The position numbers were made by a program, and so were the translations under genes. From NCBI RefSeq assembly GCF_000143415.4, contig NW_003314338.1, positions 506,202 through 570,201 on the forward strand: a stretch of 64,000 nt of DNA, written 5' to 3'. Origin of the DNA: Selaginella moellendorffii. Its lineage: Eukaryota; Plantae; Lycopodiophyta. Positions 36,701-50,278 of the stretch are shown here, in pieces; the first letter of the stretch is position 1, and each line of letters opens with the position of its first letter. Under the pieces are notes generated by a model. That model saw only the letters and a program-made list of their open reading frames with translations. It ran no database searches and had not been told where the DNA came from.

Positions 36701-37928
36701 TATCCATTCAGCCGCCCCTCGCGCACCTTTGGTTCTCACGCGAACACTTCTATTGCCGCAAGTTACCTGCAAGTCACGTCAAATTCCCAAACGGATGCAA
36801 GCCAGTCAAAACTCACGGCAAATCCAGATTGTAGACGACTCCTCTCTGGCTTAGCAAGGGATATCTGACCTTCCGTGTTGTTTGAGAGAACATCAAAGAC
36901 AATGATGTCCAAAGGTTTTGGATCGAAAGGATGAGCAAGAAAAGCGAGGAAACCAGGCTTTAATACTGCCCAAACCTGCAATTCATCAACGTTTACTTTC
37001 TTGAGACGCAAAAGAAGACGTGCCAAACCTTCATCCACCTTTCTCCACAACAATTGAAACATGAAGAAAAGCATCCCTGTTCCTTGTCGTCCAGATGGCA
37101 TACCCTGACATATCCCTCCTTCAGCTTAGAGCCGTATTCTGGTGCAAACGAAAGAGCTGAGACCCCGAAAAATTTGCAAACCTGACAAACGACGATAGTA
37201 AAATTGCATAGAAACAAGCAGGCGAGACTAACCGCTTCACTGTTGAGCAGCTCGAGATTCTTGACAAAATGATCGAGGTATGTTTGCATCTCTGAAATGG
37301 AATTGTCTGCTATGCTCGGCAGTCTTCCCAGCGTTGGACGAATGACGGGAAGTGCTGCTGCAGAAGGAACGTCTCTGGAAAAGAAACGTTAATCTGTCAA
37401 TTTCTTCACAAAGACGAGAAGACGAGAAGAAGAAAAAGTTACCGTGGCATCGAATGCGCGCGAGTGATTGTTGCATCGTGTTGCTCGTAATCCTCGTGAG
37501 CTTGAGCGTCCCAAGACGATTGTAGCTTTTGTATCCATTCGATGATCTAGTCGCCAAGACAGCGAAAAGAAGGGTAAAAAACAATCCGAGAAAAGAAATC
37601 GCGAGCCTAGAAGCTTACTTTCTCATGCTTTTCCTTCAGATCCTCCAGAAACGCTCTCGTTTTCACGGCGGCGTGGAGCAATAGCGCCTGTGTGGCTTTT
37701 TTGTACACAGTCCATTTGAACTGCGCGCATCACAAGAATTTACCTCGAACGGGAATGGAAAGGTTTTACCTGTTTGTAAACCAATTCGATCGTGTATCGC
37801 AGCTCCCCGCTGCTCTGGCGGCACACCGAGACGATCGACAATTGTGGCAGCTCCTCAAACACGCTGCACCGATCGGAGGCCGATGCCCGCTCCGGGGAGC
37901 GCACGGGCATGTAGCGATTCTCGGCCAT
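33767..37928 (-). CDS. PLDZ: Phospholipase D zeta (PX-PH-type PLD), many short introns
   Basis: HKD motifs [10 protein letters not shown] and [28 protein letters not shown], plus [29 protein letters not shown], and C-terminus [18 protein letters not shown]. Confidence 0.96.
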
Positions 37929-38699
37929 CGCGCATACAAGCCCTAAGTTCTATGACCTACTTTGCCAGAAAAGGGCCAACATTACACGGAATGTGAAGCG
38001 AGTGGTTTTAGTGAAGATAGGTAAAAAGGGCCTCTGCTTTTCTAGAAGCTTTAAGAGTTAAACTTTGTCCTATTAGACTTAATCATACCCAAAGTGGAGG
38101 CTGTTCTTTGCTCTAGTGTTTAATAAGATTGTGTTTTTGGTTCTTGGTTCCAGTTCAATCTCCTCATTCTCATTATTATGCTATGGTGTAAGATGGTGTC
38201 ATTAGAGGTTTCATCTTCATATTGGTGTGTTATCTTCAGATCAAGCTTTAGAATGTGTTATGATTTGTTGGCGTTATGCTTATCTTTGGTCTTGCCATGA
38301 TTATATGGTGTCTTGCTCTCTCCCATTGATGTAGAGCCACTAACATTGATTGAACGGGATGATAGTGGCAGAAAAAAATAAATAAATAAAAGTAAATAAA
38401 CAAACTAACTCAGCCAAAAACGACCCTTCATACTTTCCAGGGCAGTAATTGATTCTTGATAATGCAATTCTAATGTTTTGACATAATTCCACAACAACTA
38501 TATATACTAATACTTAGAAACATTTGTTTTCATTTAGATTAGGGGACTAATCCATTGTGGGTGCTGTTCAACCAGCTATATCCACTCTACAAGATAGTAG
38601 CAAGGTGAAGTTGTTTAGTCATAGATCTTTTAATGAGAAGAGAAAGTGTCATTATATAAGACTATAAAGCCAATGCTAGATACATACTTTCTTTTATTG

Positions 38700-41600
38700 A
38701 TCAGAATTTTGTTTTTATACTTGTCCGGTTTAAATACACTTGAAATGCCCAGTTAACTCCACTAGCACAAAAGGGACTAATAAAGGGTTTAATAATATCG
38801 ACTTCATGGCAGTAAAGAAAGAGTGTTCGTAAAGACAGCCAACAGGTAACTTTCAATACCCAAAGTCACATTCGCAACACTTTCCCCCCCTTAGGGAAAA
38901 TCGACATCGATGCATACTTGAGTCTAGACCACTAGTAAGGAAACAACTCTAGAAAAAGTTCATGGTGATCACACTATATGATAAATGCACTAGTTTAAAT
39001 GAATTAAAAGAACCTCTTTGTCTAACGCGGATGTGCTACCAACTTAGACACATTCCGACCATCACCAACAAGGAAATGACCAACAGAGTCACCCTTGCTA
39101 CTTTAGGTGTCATCTAGCTTACAAAAGTGTGATATGCCCCTACCTATAGAGATTGTAGTGTAGGTGATCATGGGATGAGATTTAGATATATTGTCACTGT
39201 GGATTCATGGAACCTTGGGGGATAAATGGGGATAAAATAGCCACTAAGGGTTCTCTCATTAAGCAATTGCCCCTCTTCTAGTTGGTTTTAAGGGATAAAT
39301 GGGGATAAAATAGCCACTAAAGGCTCTTTCATCAAGCAATTGCCTCTTTTCCAGTTAGCTTTAAGGGGAGAGAGATAAAGTGCGTTATAGGGATATAGAG
39401 AAAGAAGTTAAAGGCCCTAACTCTTCTGAGCAAAGAAACTAAACCTGTTAGTAAAGTTTAAATATACTATTGTAAATAAGCAATTAAAGTTGTTTACACA
39501 GTCACACCCTTTGGACAGAATAAGGAACATTGACAAAGAGGCGGGTTATATGACTAGTCGACAATAGTTACCTCATGACTAAAGATTTCACCATATATAC
39601 ACTAAAACCAATCTGCCTATACTGACCCAAACTCAAAGATCAATAGATGGACAATATTAAAATTATAGACAATGCTATCTAAGAGTCTTAATTATTAGTG
39701 AATAAAGCTTAGTTTAGAACACAAAAGTATTCTAAGTAAGTTATCATCCGATAAACTAGTATAAGTACAGTAACTACCAAAATCAACATAATTAGAAAAT
39801 ATAGGATTTACTATCTAACAAAATTTAATAACTAGTATATTATCAAGAAAACTTAATTATCAAAGATTGCAGATAGCATGCCAAACAACTTACAAAAGAC
39901 AACTCAAAGAACACAAAGTATCATCGACTGGCAAGCAAAATGCTCATGAATGTATTAACCGAAGGAAATAACATCCCAAATCTATCAGAACTAACTTGAA
40001 CAATAATCAATAGAACAAAATGAATGTGGCAAGACCAACAAAAGCCCAGTCATACCAACTATCACAAAAGCCAATTTGAATAGATCCCAGTCAATAATAC
40101 AAAGGAACTCAAGTTGCTCAAACAAACATTAGCGACATCTTATCGATATCTTAAACCCAAGAGACCAATCTAAAGAAAACCATAAGGAACATATGGTAAT
40201 GCAAAAAGCCATAAGCCATTAAAGAGAACAACTAACCATCATAAAAGATCATTAATCCTCCCATCAAATAAGAGATGCATAATCATCATTGAAGAAAAAA
40301 TCTACCATCCCGAAGAATGGCATATCATTCTACATTAATGACAACCAAGCAAATATTTTAATAAGAACAATCAATTATCCCAAGATGATAGTCAATTAGC
40401 ACTAATGATTGCTAAATGCAAATACTAACTTTAATATTGAAGCTAATAAGCCAAAATGCCTTTTCCAACAACTTCAAACAAATGAACTACAAGCATGAAA
40501 ACTTAAAGAACCAAAAGCTCAAAGAAGTTTATAATTAAGTTTTGCTTAGTAATGATCGTGAGTCTTGCATGAATTAACTTCAATGCTAAAGAAGAAATCA
40601 TGGTACAACCCACAATATCTCTCTCAACACATCAATAAGTTAAACTTCATAATGCTAAAGCTAATGAAGAGCATTTCTGCATCAATCCAAAAGCTAATCA
40701 TAACAAAGTAATGTTCAACAAATGATCATCTAATTGATCCTCCATGAATCCATTTATAGCAAGACGTAACTCACTTTATAATAAATATAAGAAAAATCAT
40801 TAATGATCGATATAAAGGATTCAACATTTTCAATATTGATCACTAACTCTTCCTCTCGTAAAGTTAGTATAGTCCACGATTAAATCACATTTTAACGAAA
40901 ATTTAAAGCTCAACCCCTACTAAACAATCTTGTCTAGAACACAACTAACTCAACTTGTTACTCAATTCATTTGAACGTCAACACAATTGCTAACTAGCAA
41001 ATGCACGAATGCTAACAACATAAAGCTACAATTAAATCATCAACACTATCTTTATCGAGACTAATGAAACACAATATTAATCTTACGGAAAAACATCTCA
41101 TCCCACTTGAATCTCAATAATAATAATATCAATGACAAGCATCACTTCATTGTCATTAACACTAGAACAAAGCTAGAAGAAAGTGAGAGTGAATCACCAC
41201 TCAAAGCTATTTAGCAACCAAGCCAAAGTCAAAGATACTTTAGTCAGTATTTGAGACCAATCCTTTAACAATACTTAGGTTCAAATAACACATCACCAAA
41301 GAGTGATTCACCACATCCAAGACTTAATGAAAGCCAACACCATGGGCTAAACATAACCAAATGACATTGTGAAAAGTAGAATTTATATGCCAATATGGAA
41401 AAACCATATAAGTCTAATGACATAATTCTCTGCAACACCATTTGGTAAAACAAACCCTTTACTGTTAAATCATCATCAAGTGAAGCAAATGTTATAGTCT
41501 TCGATAAAGTTTACAAGTAATCATTAGTTGCAAAGCAATTAACAATCACTCTTCAACTTGCCTTCATAAGACTCAAACACTAACTGTTGTTATCAAATCA

Positions 41601-44600
41601 TATATATGTCCAAAATGAATGTAATACCCCATATATGAAATATTGGCTCATAGACAAGCACAAACTAAATAACTATTTGAATCCAACTCAACCGCAATAA
41701 GCTCACTAATGCATTTAGCTAATAGCTTTGAGCATGCCTTGAAAAAGCTAACTATGTATAATCAACACTTAGTCAAAACTAAAGTGAAAACCCCAAAATG
41801 GACTCATATTGGTACACAACCTCCTTATAGACAAAGTTATCATATAGATATTAACATTTCAACCTCTAAACAACTAAGTTGGACATTACCATCCTCAACC
41901 AAGGCATAGGGCCACTAAGACCAAATCAAAATTAGTGAGAGCTCATTACTCTTATAAAGTTTAACAAAATGCAAAGTGCAACCTGCCACCAAGCACAAGG
42001 TTACAAAAGAAAGGCACAAGGGTCAGCTTTCTAGAAAAGTGCAATAACCACTTTTCTACACCAACTCCAGACTTTATCCAACTCAATTGCCTTAGCCTCA
42101 AAAGTCAGCATCCCTTTCGGGTTGCATTATATAAACTACCTACTAAAGTTTAAGCTAACTGATGTCAACTTCAACCCCTTCATTAGCTTGTATTGACTTA
42201 AGAAAATGAAATGGTTTTCAAGCAAAGTGATTAACGAATTAGCCATCGGAAAAGCCTAATAAAATTTGTGGAAATTTTCCCATTCTAAAGAAAGAATGAC
42301 TCTCAGTCTAGAAATGCAAATTTTCAAGACTCAACCAACTTCTTCCCACTAACAACTTCACATAAATTCACCTCAACACAAATTTTTATAACCCATAGTA
42401 TGTTTAAACTTTGAACATCATACCCATGTTTTTGATATCCAACATCGAGATCTACAAAATGCAAAATGAACATCTAAGGCTTGATCACAAAAACCATACC
42501 TTTAGATTTCTACATTGCACTAACACTTTTCTTCAATCACCTTTAAGATCCAACATGAAGCCAAAACACTAATAAGGAAATGGCATAGAAATCAAAGTCT
42601 AAGGAAAATTCCTCATCATTTGAAATACAATGCCACTTTCACTAACATAAGTGCTAGCAATGTCAATACCTCAACTATACATCTTTTCCATCTAACAATC
42701 TACTCCAAGTGGTAATAGATCAATTGACAAACCATAATAAATGAATGTTATAATTATTTTCTAACACTTTATGGGCAAACTTAAGGAAACAACATACTAA
42801 CTCAAGCTTAGCATAATGGATCACCATTGAGAACTTAGTCAAAGCTACTTTAATGCTATTGCTTGCAAATAGACTAGCTTCTCCATTAACCACTTTGGGG
42901 TTGATTCATCATTTAATCAAGTAACTTTATAAACACATTGCTTATGACTACATGGATATGATATAAGGATCACAATGACTTGATCATCAATTGAGTAACA
43001 CCACAAGTAGTGCCCATATCACTACTACTAAGTTTACATAAGTATCAAATGCCAACTCAATTCGATAAAATGCAACAGAAATGCCATACCCCACTGATAG
43101 AAATTTGCAACACCTAACACCATTAACTTTTGTTCATAATACAGACAAACTCATACCACTCTCTTTCCGACCAAACTCAAAACTAATCCAACACCAAGCT
43201 ACTCAATAAACAATAGCAAAGTTCCCTAAACAGAATTGAGCATTGTAACCCAAATTTTCCAATAGCAAGCCTAGACAAAATGGTATAATGCTTCACTGCT
43301 ATTTATCCCATGACTCACCACTTGTAGACCATCATTTCCAACATGCATCAACATAAGGACTCTTTTTTGTATGACATGAGTATGAGCAATAAGTTAACAC
43401 CTCGTTGCAATCATCTCTCCAAAAAGAAAAAATGATTTACATGTTTGATCCTTCGTCCTTGACAACTCTTTTTTTGGTTTCATCTTTGACTAAACCTCAA
43501 GTTTGCTTTTGTACTGCCTTCAGTTTAATCCAAGAAAATTTTATGAGAGAGCACGGCAATAATTACTTGAACCAATGGACTAATCCTTACAATTCTGATT
43601 GATCCACTTATAATCATGCCTAGGAAAGATCCACTAGTGCCGTGCTAAACAGCTATAGACCAGTTTATTTGCCACTTATAGCAAACCCAAGGGAGGTTTA
43701 CTTTCACCCATGGTACAAGGAATAACTTATGGAACCACCGATAGGCTAACATTAATCCTGCCAATGCAAAGTGTAACCTTGAGTTGCTAATGTGCCTCAC
43801 TCACGAGCCCAACTGTAAACTCGTGTTAATGTGCCTCACTCATGAGCCCTAGCACAAACTCGTGCAAACAGAATATCTCACATCCATTTTATAAGCTCAA
43901 GAGCAAGCTCATATAATATAGTACAAAAAGTAACCAAAATCCATACCCAAGGAATGAATATAAAGCCTTTACACCTAAACGTGTACCCACTCGAATCATT
44001 ATTTTCATCTCTATGTATGCAATGAGACTGGTTGCCCAATCTCATTGGATAGTACTCGCCGAGACTCATCCTTTGATACCAAATGTAACACACATGCTTT
44101 TTACCCTTTATCCTATGATGATTTACCATAGGTTAACCATGAAGCGGAACCTAAACTCTTTATATGCCATGTGTCATATGCCACATGTCACATGCCATGT
44201 GTCCAAAGGACAATGGTATGAAACCCGAGTTCAGGGCCTTAGGCCACTGAATGAAGGAACAGTGCCAGCATGGAGCCAAGGAATGATAGAATCGGACCAC
44301 AAAGCAACTCTTGAGCATACAGCCTAAGAAGTAAAAAGATAGGAGCATGGAGCAACTTGAAATAGTTCTAGAGCATCTAGCATCCCAATACCAAGATCAA
44401 TACGCAAAACAGAGCTAAATAGAGTTTGGTGCTATTTCGGCATACCGATGGTATAACACGAGGATATGAGTACTTTACCAACTAGTATGGTGTGGAACTT
44501 GGGCTTAGACCCAAGCTGGATGCAAAACAAGGATAAGCATGCAAGCAAAAGCTAAATTATATCTCAAGTTGGTCAACCATGCCCAATTTACCACTATCCC

Positions 44601-45132
44601 TACCAAACATTTGCCCACAACCCCCCCTCCCCCACCCCCTTTGAGGAACACACACTTTGGGCTTTCACCCCAAGCCTCCCTTAGTACCAAAAGTTAGTCT
44701 CTAGGATAAGCTTGAAATTTACTAAATATAGAATGTTTTTAGATTGTAAATTTAAACATGGGATGAACACCATTGTGTTCAAGACAATCTCTACGTTCCA
44801 TAAATATGCCAAATGAGAAAATCTAAACACTTTCTATAAATAACATTTGGGACCGAAATGAGACTAACACAAAAGGCATAATAGTGAGGGTGTTTAGCAG
44901 ACACAGAAAGCTATCATTCAGACTAAGTATGCTTAGCTAATAGCACATAGGGATTATATCTTTATGCTCATCTAAATCTAAGTACACTCAAAATGCCCAA
45001 TTAACTCCACTAGCACAAGAGGGACTGGTAAAAGGTCTAGCAATACTGATCTCCCGCCATCATGGCAATAAGGAAAGAGTGTCTGTAAGGTCCATAAAGT
45101 AACTTTCGACACTTGAAGTCACATTTGCAACA
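38700..45132 (-). mobile_element. Family A Gypsy-type LTR retroelement, non-coding or decayed (LARD-like): 5' LTR 44084-45132, internal 38880-44083, truncated 3' LTR ending at 38879
   Basis: LTR tgtaacac...tttgcaaca. PBS TGGTATCAAAG (reverse complement at 44071-44081). PPT ctttccccccc at 38880-38890. No long ORF in the 5.2-kb interior. Confidence 0.82.
39154..39389 (+). mobile_element. Solo LTR of the TRIM family with an internal tandem duplication of about 70 bp
   Basis: Reverse-complement match to 9522-9683. The block gggataaatggggataaaatagccactaa...aagcaattgcc occurs twice. Degenerate TSD gagat/gggat. Absent from the homologous site near 8500. Confidence 0.85.
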
Positions 45133-45152
45133 CTGGAACTTAGGGGGATAAA

Positions 45153-45434
45153 NNNNNNNNNNNNNNNNNNNNNNNNNNNNNNNNNNNNNNNNNNNNNNNN
45201 NNNNNNNNNNNNNNNNNNNNNNNNNNNNNNNNNNNNNNNNNNNNNNNNNNNNNNNNNNNNNNNNNNNNNNNNNNNNNNNNNNNNNNNNNNNNNNNNNNNN
45301 NNNNNNNNNNNNNNNNNNNNNNNNNNNNNNNNNNNNNNNNNNNNNNNNNNNNNNNNNNNNNNNNNNNNNNNNNNNNNNNNNNNNNNNNNNNNNNNNNNNN
45401 NNNNNNNNNNNNNNNNNNNNNNNNNNNNNNNNNN
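45153..45434. other. Assembly gap (N run)
   Basis: Run of n characters. Confidence 1.
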
Positions 45435-45479
45435 ACTTGACCTAGTCGTCCCGCAGCGAGGAATGCTACTACAATGCTA

Positions 45480-48400
45480 TTACAATGCCACTACATGCAA
45501 GTAGACTAACTTTACTATCGACCAATTTAGGGTTAATCATCATTTAACCAAGCAACTTCGTAAACACCCCAAAAAAAATTAAGCATTATAACCCAAGCCT
45601 TCTAATAACAAGCCTAGACAAAATGGTTTAGTGCTTCACCACTATCCATCCCATGACTCACCATTTGTAAAACCATCATTCTCAACATGCATTAAGGGAA
45701 GGACTCTTAATTGCATGACGTGAACATAAGCAATGAGTCACACCTTGTTGCAAATCATCTCTCCAAAAAGAGAAAATGATTTATGTGTTTGATCTTTCGT
45801 CCTTAGTGATTCTCTTTTCAATCTCAACTTGATTAAACCTTAAACTTGCATTTGTATTGCCTTCAGTCTAATCTAAGAAAAGTTTATGAGAGAGCACAAC
45901 AATGACTACTTGAACCAATAAACTATTCCCTACAGTCTTGATTGACCTACTTGTAATCATGCCTAGGAAGGATTCATTAGTGCTATGCTAAATAACTACA
46001 GACTACCCTATTTGCCACTCATAATAAACCCATGGAGGTTTATTTTTACCCACGGTATATAGAACAACTCATAGAACCACCGATAGACTAACATTAATCC
46101 TACCAACTCAAAGTCTAACCTTGAGTTGCTAATATACTTCACTCACGAGCGTAAGCGCAAAATCATGTAAATGGAACATCTCAAATCCATCCTATGAGCC
46201 TAAGAGCAAGTTCATAATATGGTATAAAACGGTAATCAAAATCCATACCCAAGGAACAATTGCAAAGCCTTTGCGTCTAAATGTATACCCACTCAAATCA
46301 TCATTTTCATTTTTGGCAACGAGACTAGTTGCCCAATCTCATTGGATAGTACTCACTGAAATGTATCCTCTAAGAAAAGCCCAAACCCTTCCAAGTAAAG
46401 AAACCAAATCTATCAGTAAGGTTTAGATAAACTATTGTAAATAAGCAGTTAAAGTTGTTTACACGGTCACGCCCTTTTATAGAATAAAGAACATTGACAA
46501 AGAGGTAGGTGATGTGACTAGTTAACTACTCTATGACTAAAGATTTCACCATACACATGAAGTGCCGAAGTTAATCTACCTATACTGGCCCAAAGTTAAA
46601 GACCAATAGATTGACAATATCAAAGTTAAAGACAATGGTATCTTAGAAACTTAATTATCAATGAATAAATCTTAGATTAAAACACAAAAGTATTCTAAGT
46701 AAGTATCATCCGATAAACCAGTATTATAGTATAAAATCCACCAAAATCACTATTGTTGGAAAACATAGGATTCATCATCTAACAAAATTCAATAGTAAGT
46801 GTATTATTAATAAAACTCAATGATAAAACTTAACTATCAAAGATTTTAGATAGCATGCTAAACAACTTATAAAAGACAATTAAAAGAACACAAAGTATCA
46901 TTGATTGGCAAACACAATGCTTGCAAATGTATCACTTAAAGAAAATAACATTCTAATTTATTAAAACTAACTCAAGCAACAATCAACAAAACATAATGAA
47001 TATGGTAAGACCAATAAACACTCATTCATGCTAACTATCATACTAGCTAATTTGAATAGATCCCAGTTAACAATACCAAGGAACTAGAGTTGCTCAAACA
47101 AGAATCAACAACATCCTACTGATATTTCAAACTCAAGAGACTAATTTAAGGCAAACCACAAAAATATATGGTAATGCGAAAAGCCAAAATATTTTACTTT
47201 ATGGTTTTTACCCTTTATCCTATGGTGATTTACTTGAAGTAGAACCTAAATCCTCCATATACCACATGTCACATGCCATGTGTCCCAGAGATAAAACCCA
47301 AGCTTTAGGGCCTTGGTCCACTGAATGAAGGAATGGAGCCAACTCCTAAGCATGAAGCCAATGAGCAAAAGAACTGGAGTATGGAGTGACTTCCAACTGT
47401 TCAGCCCAAGGAGTGAAAGGACAAGAACGTAGAGCAACTTGGAATAGTCCTAGAGTATCTAGCATCCTAATGCCAAAACCAACATGCAAAACAAAGTTAA
47501 ATGGAGTTTGGCACTATTTCAGCATACTGGTGGTCTAATACGAGGATATAAGTACTCCACCAACTAACATGGTATAGAACTTGGGTTTAGACTCAAGCCG
47601 GACATTAAACAAAGATAGGCATGCAAGTAGAAACTAAGCTATTCCTCAGGTTAGTCAGCCATGCCCATCCTTACTATACATTTGTGTTTAGTATAGTAAA
47701 CACTATACTAAACTGTTTTTAGTATAGTTTAGTAAAAACTATACTATACTATACTATACTATATAGTAAAAACTATATAGGGGGGTTATAGGGGTAACCT
47801 ATAACCCCCCTCCCCCTCTTGAGGAATGCATGTTTTGGACTTTCACCCTTTAGCCATCTTTAGTACTAGGAAGTCTTTGGGACTAACTCAAAATTTACTA
47901 AATATGGAATATCTCTAGATTGCGAATTTGGACACGAGATTAGCACCATTGTGTTTAGGACAATCTCTATATTCCATAGATATGCCAAATGAGAAAATCT
48001 AGACACTTTCCATAAATAACAATTAGGACCAAATGGTATTATATAAGGTGCATGATAATAAAGGTGTTTGGCAGACACAGTAATCTACTATCTGGCAAAT
48101 ATTGAGGGACTAAATTCAATATTGTGGGGGTTCCCAACACTAGTAAATGCAAATCCAACTTCATGAATTTCTCATCACTGTGTCAAGTATGCTTGACTTA
48201 ATAACAACATAGGATTTCCTTCCTTAGTGCCTTTCCAGTCTAAGTGCATATATGATAACTAGTTTCTCAAATAGCTTAGGTGGAAACTAATAAAGGATCT
48301 AGCAATACTGACATTTTACCGCCGTGGCAAAATAGTTACAGATCAGTCTATTCACCACTTTTTACAAACTTAGGGGAGGTTTACTTTTATTTACGGTAAC

Positions 48401-49375
48401 ATGGAATAACTCATGGTAACCACCAATATACCAATATTAATTCTGCCAACTTATAATGTAACCTTAAGTTGTTAATGTGCCTTATCCATGAGCCTTAGCA
48501 CAAACTCGTATAAATGGAACATATTACATCCATCCTATGAGCCCAAGCGAAAGCTCATATAATATAACCAAAATCCATACCTAAAAGACACATCCGAAGC
48601 TATAACAATCAAATATGTATCCATTTAAATCATTGTTTTCATCTATGTGTATGCAGTGAAATTAATTGCCCAATCTCATTAGATAACACTCACTGAAATA
48701 TATTCTCTAATGCCAAATGTAGCATATGTGGTTTTCACATTTTATCCTTTAGTGATTTACCATAGGATAACCATGGAATAGAATTTAAACCCTTGGATAC
48801 GTGGCCAAAAGCAACAAAGTGAAACCTAAGTTTCAGGGACTTGGGCCTCTAAATAAAGGTACAAAGTCAAACTCCTAAGCAAAGTTAGTCTTTGGGACAA
48901 TCACAAAAATTTATTAAATATAGAATAGTGTTAAATTGCAAATCTAGATATAAGAACAACACCATTGTGTTTAGGATAATTTCTACATTTCATAAATATG
49001 CCTCACTAGTAGATGCAACCACTTTCCATAAATAGCCAATAAAACCGTGAGATTGTTATGATAAGTTATTATCTAACGAATATTTAAGGACTAAGCTCAA
49101 TATTGTGGGGTTCTTGTTAACACAATGCAAAACAAAGTAAAAGAGAACTAACAAACTAGGCCAAATATACTTTGTTAAATAGACATTTGGAAATTCCTTC
49201 CTTATGCTCGTCTGGCTAAGTATAAATGCTAAATTGAATTTACTAACACTTCAACAAAAGGGACTGATAAAGGGTCTAGCAATGCCGATTTCCTACTATT
49301 GTGGTAGTAAGGAATAAATATCTGAAAGGACTTGCTGATAGATAACTTTCCATACCCACAATCATATTTGCAACA
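45480..49375 (-). mobile_element. Cluster of rearranged family A fragments (internal pieces; LTR pieces at about 47200-48330 and 48718-49375)
   Basis: 45580-46370 matches 43230-44070. 46390-47190 matches 8540-9330 and 39430-40210. LTR tgtagcatatgtgg...tttgcaaca at 48718-49375 is preceded by a decayed PBS. Confidence 0.8.
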
Positions 49376-50278
49376 AAGCATCATCATAATCATTAGCATG
49401 TCCAAATGCACTTTTGAAGATGTCTAGAAGAAGACTCTAATTCATATGAGTAACTACACTTAAATGATTGTACCACTGCAATATTGTCCCTTAGAGACAT
49501 ATAAGAAACTCATGCAAATGCCAGGCATTATCTTAAGAATGATAGGTAGCTGTCACTGTAAAGTAGTCAAATCAATAATATATTTCATCTCAAGACTCCT
49601 ATAGAAGAACTTTAGTTAATCACGAGGATTTATATTGTGAATATTGCTATCAACTCAGTCTTACAACTGTATGGTATTGAGTAATTGCACCAATTATTAC
49701 TCCAAAGTCAAAGGAGGAAGAGGTTACTACTTTGCCATGGAGATGAGAAAAACAAAAGAGAAGAAATAGAAAAATAATAAAAGAGATCTAAATAATGTAA
49801 AAGTTAAATTTAAACTAAAATCATAAATTTAAGCACTCTTTAAAGACAATTAAAACTACCTCTCAACTCTACTAATTTGAGTGTATGGAATACAGAAATA
49901 TGTATACATAATTAGTCTAAAATCATAATTTCTATATAGGAGTGACTAGTTTGGATTGAAACCAATTTGATGGATATCAAAATCCCACTTTGTTAAAATA
50001 AATATATGGCATTGTAATTATATATTTAAGTCTCACACTTTTAATTAAATTACTATAGTTTTTAATACATTTATAACTTAAATTATTAATTTATTAATAT
50101 TATTAATAATATTATATTTAAGAAAATTTACTTTTACTCAAACAACCAAAACTTCTCCTCAATATACAAAAGAATTTATAGAAGCCGACAGCTTGAGAAA
50201 TCACAAGCACCCTCCCCCAAAAAAAGGCCTTATTGTAGCTCTCTTTTTTCCTCTTCCCCTCTTCGAAGTATATGGAAT

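Noticed and set aside
40250-43600. Expected gag/pol in the interior of element A
   Set aside because: No RT, RNase H or integrase motifs could be read; left as non-coding or decayed interior.
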